A DNA stretch of 63,222 bases, counting the filler, from Octopus bimaculoides (Eukaryota), in NCBI RefSeq assembly GCF_001194135.2. It is 6 parts of 6 records of this genome, joined end to end, with 100 filler letters (N's around TTAATTAATTAA, not from the genome) between each part and the next. Parts side by side here need not be neighbours in the genome. Positions count along the whole stretch, not along the records: positions 1 to 28,126 come from NC_068984.1; positions 28,227 to 38,509 come from NC_068988.1; positions 38,610 to 54,264 come from NC_068985.1; 3 more parts are not named here. One strand, given 5' to 3'. The notes beneath the pieces are model-generated. The model ran no database searches. It saw only the letters and a program-made list of their open reading frames with translations, and was not told where the DNA came from. Of the stretch, positions 26,660 through 38,660 are shown one piece after another. Numbering within the stretch: position 1 is the first letter of the stretch; the number at the start of each line of letters is the position of its first letter. The translations under genes and the position numbers were made by a program.

Positions 26660-26760
26660 ATAAGGACATGACCGCAATGGCGTTGCTGCGGAGAATGGTC
26701 AGCAACACTCGCTGCAACAGCCATCCCACCTCGCGGAGCTCATTTTTCAGTTATTCCGAT
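26660..26760 (-). mobile_element. Possible extreme C-terminus of a CRE-like non-LTR element
   Basis: LKNELREVGWLLQRVLLTILRSNAIAVM resembles the E..WL.QR.S.AI.RGNA ending of CRE-like ORFs; short, by eye only. Confidence 0.3.
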
Positions 26761-27229
26761 TTTGAGGAGGAAATTGGCAGTTCAGTCTTTTATTACTCGT
26801 GGATGATAAACCACAATTGAAATAGCAATGGAGTTTGACTAATATTATTAATTTTTAAAATCTCAGCGCTCTAGTTCGAATTCCGTCGATGAGTGTTGTT
26901 TTCCATCCTTTCGGGGAAAATACAAAGTACCAATCCAGGATAGTAAATTGGCAGGACTGTGGGAACGTCGAACTTGATGCGTTGCAATATTCATTATGAC
27001 TTTTTATTCTGGATTCCAATCTTGTTGTGGCCTATTTGACTGGCAAACTTAATCAAGAATCGGTGTAACATCTCCATCTGACGCTTTGAGACCCTTTAGC
27101 GGAATCCACTCAGTTACGAACATTCGAGTCATTTCTCCGATTTTGAGGATACTTTTGTCTTTCCCTCCACCAGTCTCAAGAGGCCCTGTAAAGGGTTATG
27201 GAAACCGCCACCTCGCCTGACTAAACGAT

Positions 27230-27425
27230 AAGAATATATCGCCGCACATTTTGAAAGAGAGCTGAGCGGAATCAATCTACACCCTTCCCCACACCCCCAG
27301 GACTTAATTATATTTATCTCATTATCTCGAAAACGATGAAAGGCGAAGTCAGTCACAACAGAAATTCCAAAATGGAGCATAACATAGAACGACGTAACTA
27401 AGCACCTCATGACATTTACCAGCAC
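27230..27425 (-). mobile_element. SINE family C relic
   Basis: gatgaaaggcgaagtcagtcacaacagaaattccaaa...gacgtaactaagcacctc. Confidence 0.6.
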
Positions 27426-27709
27426 TCAACAAATTTTTCAATTTACTGCTTTTCACTGGATGTGAATATAAAACACGACATAATGTCTTACACTGTTTAG
27501 AATGTTCCATACAAAATAGCCAATAAAATATATGGCTTTAAGTGCATAGGCGATAAATCACTTCATAGATTATACTTGAGTTACCCAAAATAAACATTTC
27601 AGATGATTGGATATTTCCTTCTCAACATCTATGTTAACTGAAGCTTAGAAAATCAAATGGTCAGCTCATGTACACAGCGAAATGCTAACAAGTGAGGGAA
27701 CCTCTACGT

Positions 27710-27956
27710 CAATGGTTCTCAACCGAGGTCCATATGACCCTGGGGATCCATATGAGATTTGTTGTTAAACTTTATGTGCAATAAACTGATTATATTTCTA
27801 CAATACATAAAACATTTTTAAATACATTTCATAAAAATATAAGATTTTAATCATAAAAATACAAGAGCTTTTAGGCATCGAATGGCTGAGGTTCCTGCCG
27901 CCTGAGTAAAATGAGAATAAAAGGGGTCCATTGGCAAACCTTTTTGAGAACCACTG
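27710..27956. mobile_element. hAT (Buster/Charlie-type) MITE, 247 bp
   Basis: TIRs caatggttctcaa / ttgagaaccactg; 8-bp flanks ctctacgt / ccttacgt with central TA. Confidence 0.85.
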
Positions 27957-28126
27957 CCTTACGTGAATGCTTTGGCCTCAAAGAAATCATCCCTAAATTA
28001 CAGCGTAGTAGAGTAAAAAAAAGAAAGAAAAAGGGTGAAGCAAGGGACACATTAGATAATGTAGTGTTTGATACTCAATGATTAAGAGAAAAGTGATAGG
28101 TCATAACTGATAACGCCTTTCATCAT

Positions 28127-28226
28127 NNNNNNNNNNNNNNNNNNNNNNNNNNNNNNNNNNNNNNNNNNNNTTAATTAATTAANNNNNNNNNNNNNNNNNN
28201 NNNNNNNNNNNNNNNNNNNNNNNNNN
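28127..28226. other. Artificial scaffold linker 44N-TTAATTAATTAA-44N
   Basis: Exactly 100 bp; six-frame-stop 12-mer at 28171-28182. Confidence 0.95.
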
Positions 28227-28263
<37 letters not shown>

Positions 28264-28439
28264 GTGTATGTATGTATATATGTATGTATATATTAGGGTG
28301 TGTGTTGGGGTATCTATTTAATTATTCTAGTAGCTATATTTTGTTTTTATTGGTAGGTTAATTTTTTAGTAAGTTTAAGGTTTTATATTACAATGACACT
28401 ACGATTTTGATAAGACTAAATCAATAGTAGTATTTTAGT

Positions 28440-28922
28440 TTATTTCATAATATTATTTAACGCACTTTCATCATCTGTTTGATGTCTGAACTTCTGTCGC
28501 AGGAAACCATCAAGGTGATTGAAAAAGTAGTAATCGGTAGGAGAAAGGTCTGGGGAATAAGGTAGGTGGGGAAGAACTTCGTAGTCAAATTCCCTCAACT
28601 TCTGGAGTGTCATTAGTGAAACGTGTGGTCGGGCATTGTCATAAAGAATGATTGGCCCTCTTTTGTTGACCAGTATGGGACGGAGGAATAGCAGTTTTTC
28701 GTTCATTTTGACAATTTCATGGCAGTATGTTTCTCCAGGAATGGTTTTTCCGGGTTTTAAGAAGTTATAGTGGATGACTCCAGCAGTACACCACCAAACA
28801 GCCACCATAACCTTCTTTTTTAAGAGCTCGGGTTTAGGGAAGGTTTTCAGTGCTTCATTTTGGTCCAGCCACCGCGAAGAAAGTTTTTTATTATTGTACA
28901 GAATACACTTTTCATCGCAAGA
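28440..28922 (-). mobile_element. mariner (DD34D) transposase catalytic-domain relic
   Basis: Open frame CDEKCILYNN...KKVMVAVWW...YDNARPH...YSPDLSPTDY with 34 residues between D2 and D3; no HTH or TIR seen. Confidence 0.92.
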
Positions 28923-30196
28923 TTCAAAAAATAATTAAAGAAAAATAAAAAATAAAGAGAAGATAAAATTTTATGAAAGAATGAAGGAAATGATGAGGGA
29001 TTAAGAATGAATAAAATAACATTAAAATGTAGTAAAATGTATTAAAATGAAAACGAAGACGAAAGGAAGAAGGAATGAAGGAAAATGTGAATTGTTATAA
29101 AAGAACGAAGGGAAAAACAAGAAGGCCAAGAACTTTACGACAGAACAAAAGAAGCAAAGTTAAGAAAGCGAAAAATAATGATGGTTTCCAGAGAATAAAG
29201 AACTTGAATATTTTGGGGTGGGTAGGGAGGGAGGCAACAAACTTTAAGAAAGAAAATAACCTTTGTACAACCAATTCCAAACAGAATTTCTCTGAGTTTT
29301 GTCGTTGTAATTTTTCCTGTTGTTCTTATCATTACTGTTGTTGCTGCTGCTTCGTTTTTTTAAGCCACTGTTGCTATAGTTACTATTGCTGTTGCTAGTG
29401 CTGCTGTGTATTTTTTTCTTTTTCTTATTACTCTTCTTGCTTCTGTTTTGTTTTTTTCCCCCATGGTGTCATGTAATGTATATAATGTAATAGCAACTTC
29501 TAACATAACACTCTACTGTACCAATGTAGTAATAGCAGTTATTGTTGTTGTTGCTGTTGTTGTTGTTCGCACCGTCGTGTCATCGATGTCTATGTGTTTG
29601 AATTAACTTGAGCTCCATTCCTCACAAATAAATTCTCTAAATTCTCTCCATGCTTTCCCCGATCGCATTTATCGATTTAACTCCATTCAGCCCCGATCAA
29701 GAAGAGATCTGGGCATAAGTAGATAACCGTTTGCTGTTTAGCTGCTCATGTCCTGGTCAACCAGGCCTAAGATGAAAGGCCTTGCAGCTCTTCTTCCTTG
29801 ATATACTTTATCTAGCATTACATTCTATCCTACTGGTTCTCTACAGGCCTTCTCTGTTTGCCGCTATCGTTATTTCCCTCCTCCCCCTCACGCTCTCTCT
29901 TTCTTACACGTTCTATTTCATATCATCAGTGAAGTGATTGGTATAAGAAGTGATGTAAGTTACTTATTCTTTTTCATTATTTCTATGAGGTGGTTTGTGT
30001 AAGAGGTATCAGAGGAAATTTTTACTAATTTCTCCATTATTATTTGTTATTGTGAGTTTTAGGATTCTGTGCAACAACTTAACTTTAGTGTGTCTCATAA
30101 ATATATATATGCTCCGGGCTATTTTACAAGCTTTTGAAAATAGATTTTATCGAGTCTGTTACAAATAAACAGATTTTAATATGTCTGCCGTTCTTA

Positions 30197-30620
30197 AGGC
30201 GGCGAGCAGGCAGAATCGCTAGAACGCCGGACAGAATGCTTAGCAGCATATCGTCCGTCTTTACTATGTGTGCTAAAATTCCGCTGAGGTCAACTTTGCT
30301 TTTCATCCTTTCGAGGTCGATGAAATAAGTGTCAGTTGATCACTGGGGTTTATGCAATCACCTAGTCCTCTACTCCGAAACTGCTGGCCTTGTGGCAAAT
30401 TTTTTAAAAATGTAGTGAGCTAGCCGAATCGTTACCGCGCCGAAGAAAATGCTTAGAGGCATTTCGTCCGTCTTTACGTCGTGAGTTAAAATTCCACTGA
30501 GGTTGGCTTTGCTTTTCATCCAATGGAGATCGATAAAATAAGTACCAGTTGAATACTGGTGTCGATATAATCCACTTACGACCTCATCCGAAATTGCTGG
30601 CCTTGTGCGAAGATTTGAAA
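30197..30620 (+). mobile_element. Two tandem SINE family C1 copies
   Basis: aaggcggcgagcaggcagaatcgctag...aaattccgctgaggtcaactttgcttttcatcc repeated at about 30197-30400 and 30420-30620. Confidence 0.85.
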
Positions 30621-30629
30621 GCAATATGT

Positions 30630-30925
30630 CTACTGTTGTTCAAGATACTTACTAACGAAGCAATGAAACTAAACCAATTCCGAGAACACTTTCCGACTCA
30701 GTATACAAATGATAAAAGTTAAGCCTATTGAATATTTTCAAGAATTATATGAACGATTTTAAAATTATTTCAACTATAAAACCGTAATTTAAGAAACAAA
30801 AGACAATGAACAAGGATGGCTTGATTGCAGCTTATCTTATAAAACAACTAAGAATGGCAAGAGCCATAAAATTTGTGAAGATTTCATAATGCTGTCTATC
30901 GAAGAATTCATCTCAATAGCTAATG
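30630..30925 (+). mobile_element. hAT Buster/Charlie-type transposase N-terminal relic
   Basis: Frameshifted ILTNEAMKLNQFREHF, KPIEYFQEL, NKDGLIAAY, KNGKSHKICEDFIMLSIEEFIS resemble LSNEAMKPSKL..H / DGL.ASY / K.GKPHTIGE.LI.PA. Confidence 0.7.
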
Positions 30926-31408
30926 ACGAAACGGCTGTTAATAACGAATGTTAACTTCTGAGTATTCTTCAAAACTGACTATTTTTTATGCAAATGGATA
31001 ATTCTACACTTGCTGTTTATATGAGATTATTGATGGCATATGTTTGGTATTGTGACGAAGGCAGTAAGTTGTGTGAATCTATGCTATTTACTTTAATTCT
31101 TGTTACGAATATGAAAAGAATTATCAATATTTCCTGCTTTGAAATTCTTTCTTTGTAAAAAAATGATACAGCCTTGAGCAATATTGTTCCATGTGATTCT
31201 GAGTTGAGGTGGAAGGGATTGTTCTTTATGTTGCCCGTCTTGTTTCTCTGCTTGTTTCTTTCGCTGTTCGAAAAAAAGTTCGTTTTCCATGGTTTTGTTT
31301 TTCATGTTGTTCACGTTTCTTTTTCGACGTCCTGTACCTATATGTGCATGCGTATATACATATACATGTAGACATGTAGGTATGTACATGTATGTATGTA
31401 TGTATATA

Positions 31409-31458
<50 letters not shown>

Positions 31459-31934
31459 ACTATTATATGATCGAATGCCATGTATCCATTTCCAAGTAAG
31501 CTTTATCTTAATAATTCCGATGCGACACTCCTATCACTATCTCTATTCTCCCTCACTTCTTCTTTCTTTCTTTTCTTCTCTTCTACCCTTTCTCTAATTC
31601 TTCTCCTCTCCCTTCACCGTTCTCTATCTGTCCCTCTCTCACCCTCACTCTTCCTCTTTGACTCTCTCATTGCTCACACGTGACCAGCGGCTATCTTTCT
31701 TTCTCCTCCTTACGCTACAAGAGACAATACGCATTTTTGCCTGTCTCCTGTCGAAGCTTGTTTCTACAGCGTTTCCCACTTCACCTCACTATAGCTTAAC
31801 AGCCCTTACAGTTTGTTTTAACTGTCCTGTTTTTGTTATCAACTTTGACCCTCTGCAAATCCCAAATTTTATTTAATTTGCTTTGCGGGAACGACGGTTT
31901 TGACGAAGATACATCTTGTCTTAACGTTCGAAAT

Positions 31935-32345
31935 GTATTTAGGCAGTGTGTTATATATCCCGGGGCCCCGATAATTTAAGGTATAAACCTGAACTTGTAA
32001 TCTGGATAGAGTAACTGCCGATTTCTCAATAGCTCAGCGTAGGTATTCTCTTTTTCACTGATCTTCAGCTTTATGCTAACAGCCACTGGGCAGTTAATTT
32101 CCACAACCGTACAGTTTCTCTTCTCTATCGTAAATCATTATATTAGGCTTGTTGTGCTTACATTTTATTGAGGTCTTCACTGGGATATTCCACCAGTACA
32201 CCCTTTTACCATATTGTGGGTTCTTATTGCTTTGTCCTCGGGGTTATCCTTCCGACGGATTTCATTATAGAATGTTATAGTTATAACATTATGTCTCATC
32301 GGTAGATACCACCGTGATGATATTTTCGGACAACTATTTATGATG
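31935..32345 (-). mobile_element. R4/Dong-clade non-LTR relic (end of zinc knuckle + REL endonuclease)
   Basis: IINSCPKISSRWYLPMRHNV...WWNIPVKTSIKCKHNKPNIMIYDREEKL..VVEINCP...KISEKENTYAELLRN..LLYPDYKFRFIP*IIGAPG. Confidence 0.85.
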
Positions 32346-32984
32346 TATGTATGTATGTATGTATGTATGTATGTATGTATGTATGTATGTATGTATGCAT
32401 TTGTGTGTCTATGTGTGTGTGTGTTGTATATGTGCACGCACGCACAAATATCAAACGAAGTCGAGGTAATTTAAGATATAATGAGCGAAAGTCGTCTGAA
32501 AGGCGATGTTTCTCCGACATTAAATAACCATTGTTCTCATCACTAACAAAGTAGTGTAATTTTAATTAATTCGAAACTCTTATCTCATTACATGAAGCAT
32601 GCTTACGTCCACTTCATTATTATATGTATAGCAAGCGTATTAAATTTAGCATTATATTTCAACATACCACTAAAGAATCATTTGAATATTAGAATGTTGT
32701 ACGCTGTACCCTGTACGATATGGTTTCCTTTTTGCCGTTATTGATTTCAATAAACGCTGTGAGAAAGAGATGGCTTAGTTTAACAAGCGTTCTCAAAGAA
32801 ACCGCATTATATACGATCATTGGAAAATATTGAATAAATAAAGTAATTGAATATAACGAACATTAGTCGTTGTTGTGTCGCTTATTGTTAGTTTGTATGT
32901 CATTTAAAAAAAAAATATTTAATTGGTATTTGTTTAGTAAACTCTTGTTGGTTTACATTTAATAGGCTGGTTCTATATGCTGTT

Positions 32985-32997
32985 GTTGTTATCGAAA

Positions 32998-33060
<63 letters not shown>

Positions 33061-33080
33061 CAGTAGTAGTAGTAGTTGAT
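32985..33080. repeat. (TAG)n microsatellite
   Basis: Direct reading. Confidence 0.95.
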
Positions 33081-33430
33081 GATGATTGATGGTGCTGGTA
33101 GCAGTAACTAGGCGCAGGTTGTTGGTAGTGGCGATGGAGAGCCATTGTCTACTGTTTAGCTTGGTTGACATCATCCTCATCATCATCGCCACTGCTGCTA
33201 CCGCTCCAAACGCGGCCATCACCAGCAACATTACCACCAGCATCATCGTCGTCGTCGTCGTACTCCTCCTCCTCCCCCACCTCTTACTCATCATTTTGAT
33301 TACCATCATCGTTATTCTTTAATTCATTCAAATATTTTACAGAATTCTGTTTTGTCATTGCATTTTTATACATATGTTCTTAGGAGTTGTATGTTATTGT
33401 AGTTTGTTTATTTGTACATATGTTTGTTTG

Positions 33431-33491
33431 GTTGGCTGGTCGGTTGGCTGGTCGGTTGGCTGGTCGGTTGGCTGGTCGGTTGGCTGGTTCG
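33431..33491. repeat. 12-bp minisatellite (GTTGGCTGGTCG) x ~5
   Basis: Four perfect units plus one variant. Confidence 0.95.
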
Positions 33492-34134
33492 TTGATTGAT
33501 TTTTATCGTGTTTTTTTTGTGTTGATTTTATTTAGTCATTCTTTAAAATTGATTACCTTTGTCTTCATCATTATCGAACTGTCCTTGAATAACTATAGAG
33601 ATTTATTATTGTCAGATATAGATAACAGAGCTCCCACCGTTAAGATGGTGGTGAGGTGTTGGGGTGGTGTTGGTAGGTGTAGGTTGTGATGTAGTGTTAG
33701 TAGTAGTAGTAGTAGTAGTAGTAGTGGAGTAGTTACAGTTCTTTTTTCTTTGTTTGTGATTGTAAGATTCCCATCAAGTCAAGTCTACCAACGGGGGCTC
33801 TATCCACGGTTGATAAATCATATTTCATTCATCCTATTCAAGATTACCTTCGCGTTGGTGCTGGTGGCGGCAGAGGCAGCAGCATTGTTGGCCACCAAAA
33901 ACGTTCCAACATGTATTCGAATAATTTCAAACTGCTAAGTGGAACAGTTAAATTATGCAAACCTCTTCCAAAATTCAAAACGTACCCGCAAGCATTTGTT
34001 GGTATCTCTGTTCTAATGGTAGAAATTTGTTTCTTTCTTAGAATGCCACTGATTCTTAGAATGCCACAAACATATAAATAAGCATAAATATATACAGATA
34101 TATAAAGATATACAGATAAATATATACAGATATG

Positions 34135-34350
34135 GTGCATGGCTTAGTGGTTAGGGGTATTGGAATCATGATCACAAGATTGTGGTTTCGATTCCTGGAC
34201 CGGGCAATGTGTTGTGCTCTTGAGCAAAACACTTCATTTCATGTTGTTCCAGTCCCCTCAGCTGTAAATGGGTGACCCTACAATGGACTAGTGTCCCGTC
34301 CACCGTGGAATATACACGCCAGAGAAACCGTGAGACCGGCATTATATAAG
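34135..34350 (+). mobile_element. SINE with D-type head and a distinct tail
   Basis: tggcttagtggttagg A-box, ggtttcgattcc B-box, gtgctcttgagcaaaacacttcatttcatgttgttccagtc. Confidence 0.8.
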
Positions 34351-34441
34351 TCTGTAAGTGCTTTTATCTTTCATAAATACATATCTATTTATCTATCTAT
34401 CTATCTATCTATCTATCTGTGCATGCATAGATATATGTGTA

Positions 34442-34479
<38 letters not shown>

Positions 34480-37399
34480 CGTTTTTAGAATTTAGTTTGC
34501 AAGATTCTTTATGTGAGTCCGTGTGTTGAAGCATATTTTGTTGTGTCTGGGGAGAGTCATTCTCTTTTATTGCCTTATAATTTAACACACTTACAGGTAA
34601 AATTTCTACTCGTTTATTTATTCAATTTTCTAAAATTTTCGTTGCGTCTCGCAACCTTTTCAATAGTTATTGACTCTGTCCATTATTCAAACAAACAAAA
34701 CGAACGCAACTTGAATAACAGACAGAGTCAACAACTATTGAGACGAATATTTTAGGAAAATAAATAAGTAAATGGGTGAAAATTTTACCGGTGAGTGTGC
34801 TAAATTATAGGGCACTAAAAGAGGATGACTCTCCCCAGACACAACAGAATATTTATTTATCAATATATAGTTATATATTTGTATACGTATGTATGTATTC
34901 TACAACATAGATACACACATGCTTTGAACATGTAGCGTTTCTTACTTTGTTTCTTTTCTTTTGCTTATTTATTTTTAATTCTACACTGATAAAGGATTTA
35001 TGCGAAACGTTACTCAACTTCTTTTCCCTTCCCTTTTTGACGGCATACAATTCGCTGTGCGCAACCAATTTCATCTTATTTTATATTAGTCTATATTTTG
35101 TCATCATATTTTCAATTTTAAGTTTTCACATTGTCCAATTGTTCGTCTCTTATTACTCGCTTTCGATTTGTGTTACATACACAACGATTGTGTATGTGTG
35201 TGTATGTGTACGTGCACACACAAACATACACGCGCGCGCACGCTAGCACACACACACACACAACAGAACATCGAAGTCAGCTAACAATACCATTTCTTCA
35301 AAGATTACCAGAAGGGATCCAAAACTTGAAATATTGAAATACCAGGTAAAAGTATAAACATCTACCTCTATTATTAATTTTTATAATTTGCATCGTCTTA
35401 GCCTTAAAAAATAATGCATATGTTTGTGTGCGCATGCATATATATATATATATATATCCAGTGTTGTTCTTTGTATGTACATACATTCATCTATTGTTAC
35501 TTGTATGTATGTAGGTATATATATATGTATGTATGTATATATATANNNNNNNNNNNNNNNNNNNNNNNNNNNNNNNNNNNNNNNNNNNNNNNNNNNNNNN
35601 NNNNNNNNNNNNNNNNNNNNNNNNNNNNNNNNNNNNNNNNNNNNNNNNNNNNNNNNNNNNNNNNNNNNNNNNNNNNNNNNNNNNNNNNNNNNNNNNNNNN
35701 NNNNNNNNNNNNNNNNNNNNNNNNNNNNNNNNNNNNNNNNNNNNNNNNNNNNNNNNNNNNNNNNNNNNNNNNNNNNNNNNNNNNNNNNNNNNNNNNNNNN
35801 NNNNNNNNNNNNNNNNNNNNNNNNNNNNNNNNNNNNNNNNNNNNNNNNNNNNNNNNNNNNNNNNNNNNNNNNNNNNNNNNNNNNNNNNNNNNNNNNNNNN
35901 NNNNNNNNNNNNNNNNNNNNNNNNNNNNNNNNNNNNNNNNNNNNNNNNNNNNNNNNNNNNNNNNNNNNNNNNNNNNNNNNNNNNNNNNNNNNNNNNNNNN
36001 NNNNNNNNNNNNNNNNNNNNNNNNNNNNNNNNNNNNNNNNNNNNNNNNNNNNNNNNNNNNNNNNNNNNNNNNNNNNNNNNNNNNNNNNNNNNNNNNNNNN
36101 NNNNNNNNNNNNNNNNNNNNNNNNNNNNNNNNNNNNNNNNNNNNNNNNNNNNNNNNNNNNNNNNNNNNNNNNNNNNNNNNNNNNNNNNNNNNNNNNNNNN
36201 NNNNNNNNNNNNNNNNNNNNNNNNNNNNNNNNNNNNNNNNNNNNNNNNNNNNNNNNNNNNNNNNNNNNNNNNNNNNNNNNNNNNNNNNNNNNNNNNNNNN
36301 NNNNNNNNNNNNNNNNNNNNNNNNNNNNNNNNNNNNNNNNNNNNNNNNNNNNNNNNNNNNNNNNNNNNNNNNNNNNNNNNNNNNNNNNNNNNNNNNNNNN
36401 NNNNNNNNNNNNNNNNNNNNNNNNNNNNNNNNNNNNNNNNNNNNNNNNNNNNNNNNNNNNNNNNNNNNNNNNNNNNNNNNNNNNNNNNNNNNNNNNNNNN
36501 NNNNNNNNNNNNNNNNNNATGTGTGTATGTGTGTGCGTGTATTTTTATGCATATAATCCAGAGGTATATTGTAATCATTTTTTCTAAATAAGCGAATGCA
36601 ATGCTATTCTAAGATTTGGTAAATTTAGGTAATATTACCCAATTTTCTCTCTGTAATTACAGATTCCTCCCCCCTCTCTCTCTCTCTCTTGCCCTCACGC
36701 ACACTCATTCACACACACACAAACATGTACATCTATATACACAAGGAATTTGGTACGCACGTACAAGGATGTCCGCATAAAAACGAATATAACTAGAGAA
36801 GCGTTTTTACAATCTTAGATTCATAATTTGAGATCTCTCAAAAAAACATGCAAGAATGGTATAATCAAATGGTTGGATTTATGGATATACAAATAGAATG
36901 ATTTGCAAATAACATATACTTGCAAGCCTGCCTACTCACACAGCCATACGCACATACTTATTACGCAGCCATACTCACATGCATGCTAGCACACATATTC
37001 ATACATAGGTTACATATATATGTGTGTCTGTGTGGAGAAAGAGAGAAAGACAGAAATATATGTAGATAAATAGATAGATAGATAAACAGGTTGATAGATA
37101 GATAAATAGAGATATAGATAGAGAGAGAGGTGGATAAATAGCTGGCCAGCTAGCTAGATAGATAGATACACAGATACACACACACACACACACACATGTA
37201 CACACATACACATAATATATAGGGACATACAAGCGCACATACTATAAAACATCTAATGTGACCTGTTGTAGTTATAGCAGTAGTGACTGGAATTGTTCTG
37301 AATAAAATCAAAGATAGTGACTGTCTTGAATATATCGTTTTTAATATTTTGATGGTTATTATTCTAAAATCCTTGTAGTAATTTCATTTGTGGTGGAAA

Positions 37400-38360
37400 C
37401 ATTCAAAAGAGGTTTATATTTGGCGATAAAATATGACTAATGCGCTGATTATAGGTTGCATCGTCCTTGAATTTATATAGGGGAAAAATTCTGAAGTTGG
37501 CTTGTTCGTTAGTGGCGCAGATGTCGATGTGTTCGCTAATTGCTATTTTTCTGTATTCCCGAATTTTAACCTGAGATCTTTGTAGGGTCATCCTCTGGCG
37601 TAGACTGCTTTTGGTTTGGCCTATGTATTGCTCACGACACCCTGAGCAAGTTAATACATATATTAGGTTTTTCGAAGCACTTGTTAAGTTTTTTTTTTGT
37701 TTCACTGTAAAACTTTGACCTTGTTTGAAGGGGAACCCTGATCACTAAATTAAGTTGACGCATATACCACAGTTAGGTCTTCCGCATTTTTTTTACAGAC
37801 GGTTTCAATATTGTTGTCGAATGTACTTGAGCTTGTGTTAGGAGGCGTTTCATTGACTTGGGTTGTCTTTTGCCCTTTATGATGGTGTGCCTTTAGAGGA
37901 TTAGATTCATTCTGTGGTCCATTTTTAGTAGAGAAATGTTCTGGAGGGTGGTGTCGAAGGTTTCATTGTTAAGGGGATTGCATGCGGATATGTAGGGTTT
38001 GTAAATCCTTCTTTAGTTTGGGATGACAGAGTCGTCGATGTTCGGTTGTAGTGCACATTCAAAGCCTATATCAATTAGTGACGATGGGTAGTTCCTGCTG
38101 ATGGGTGTACTCTTCAGTTCATGCAGTCGTGTGTCCCTGGTGCTTGTATTAGAAACTATAGTACAAATCCTTTTTTGCCGGGTTGAAGGGGATATTCATT
38201 CTAGTATATCTTAGGTGGCATGAGCTGAACGGTAGATATTACTTGGAGTCCGTGGGCTTATAGTATATATCCGTTTCTATTTCGTTGTTAGATTTCTTAA
38301 TAAGGATATCGAATAGTGGAAGTTGTCGTTGGCTATATTCCATCGTAAATTGAATGTTTA
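37400..38360 (-). mobile_element. PLE 3' fragment: RT C-terminus + GIY-YIG endonuclease (pseudogenised)
   Basis: QFTMEYSQRQLPLFDILIKKSNNEIETDIYYKPTDSK*YLPFSSCH...NIPFNPAKRICTIVS and KNLIYVLTCSGCREQYIGQTKSSLRQRMTLQRSQVK. Confidence 0.92.
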
Positions 38361-38428
38361 TACATTGCAACGTTTATATATATATATGTGCGTGCATGTA
38401 TGTTTATGTATATGAATATGTATGCGTA

Positions 38429-38509
<81 letters not shown>

Positions 38510-38609
38510 NNNNNNNNNNNNNNNNNNNNNNNNNNNNNNNNNNNNNNNNNNNNTTAATTAATTAANNNNNNNNNNNNNNNNNNNNNNNNNNNNNNNNNNN
38601 NNNNNNNNN
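38510..38609. other. Artificial scaffold linker 44N-TTAATTAATTAA-44N
   Basis: 12-mer at 38554-38565. Confidence 0.95.

Positions 38610-38660
<51 letters not shown>

Noticed and set aside
29075-29606. Lys-rich/Cys-rich and hydrophobic ORFs
   Set aside because: Explained by purine-rich and TGT/TGC low complexity; no family motif.
34986-35012. Second hammerhead-like motif ctgataa-agg..c-gaaacgtt
   Set aside because: Core G mutated and no stem I pairing found.
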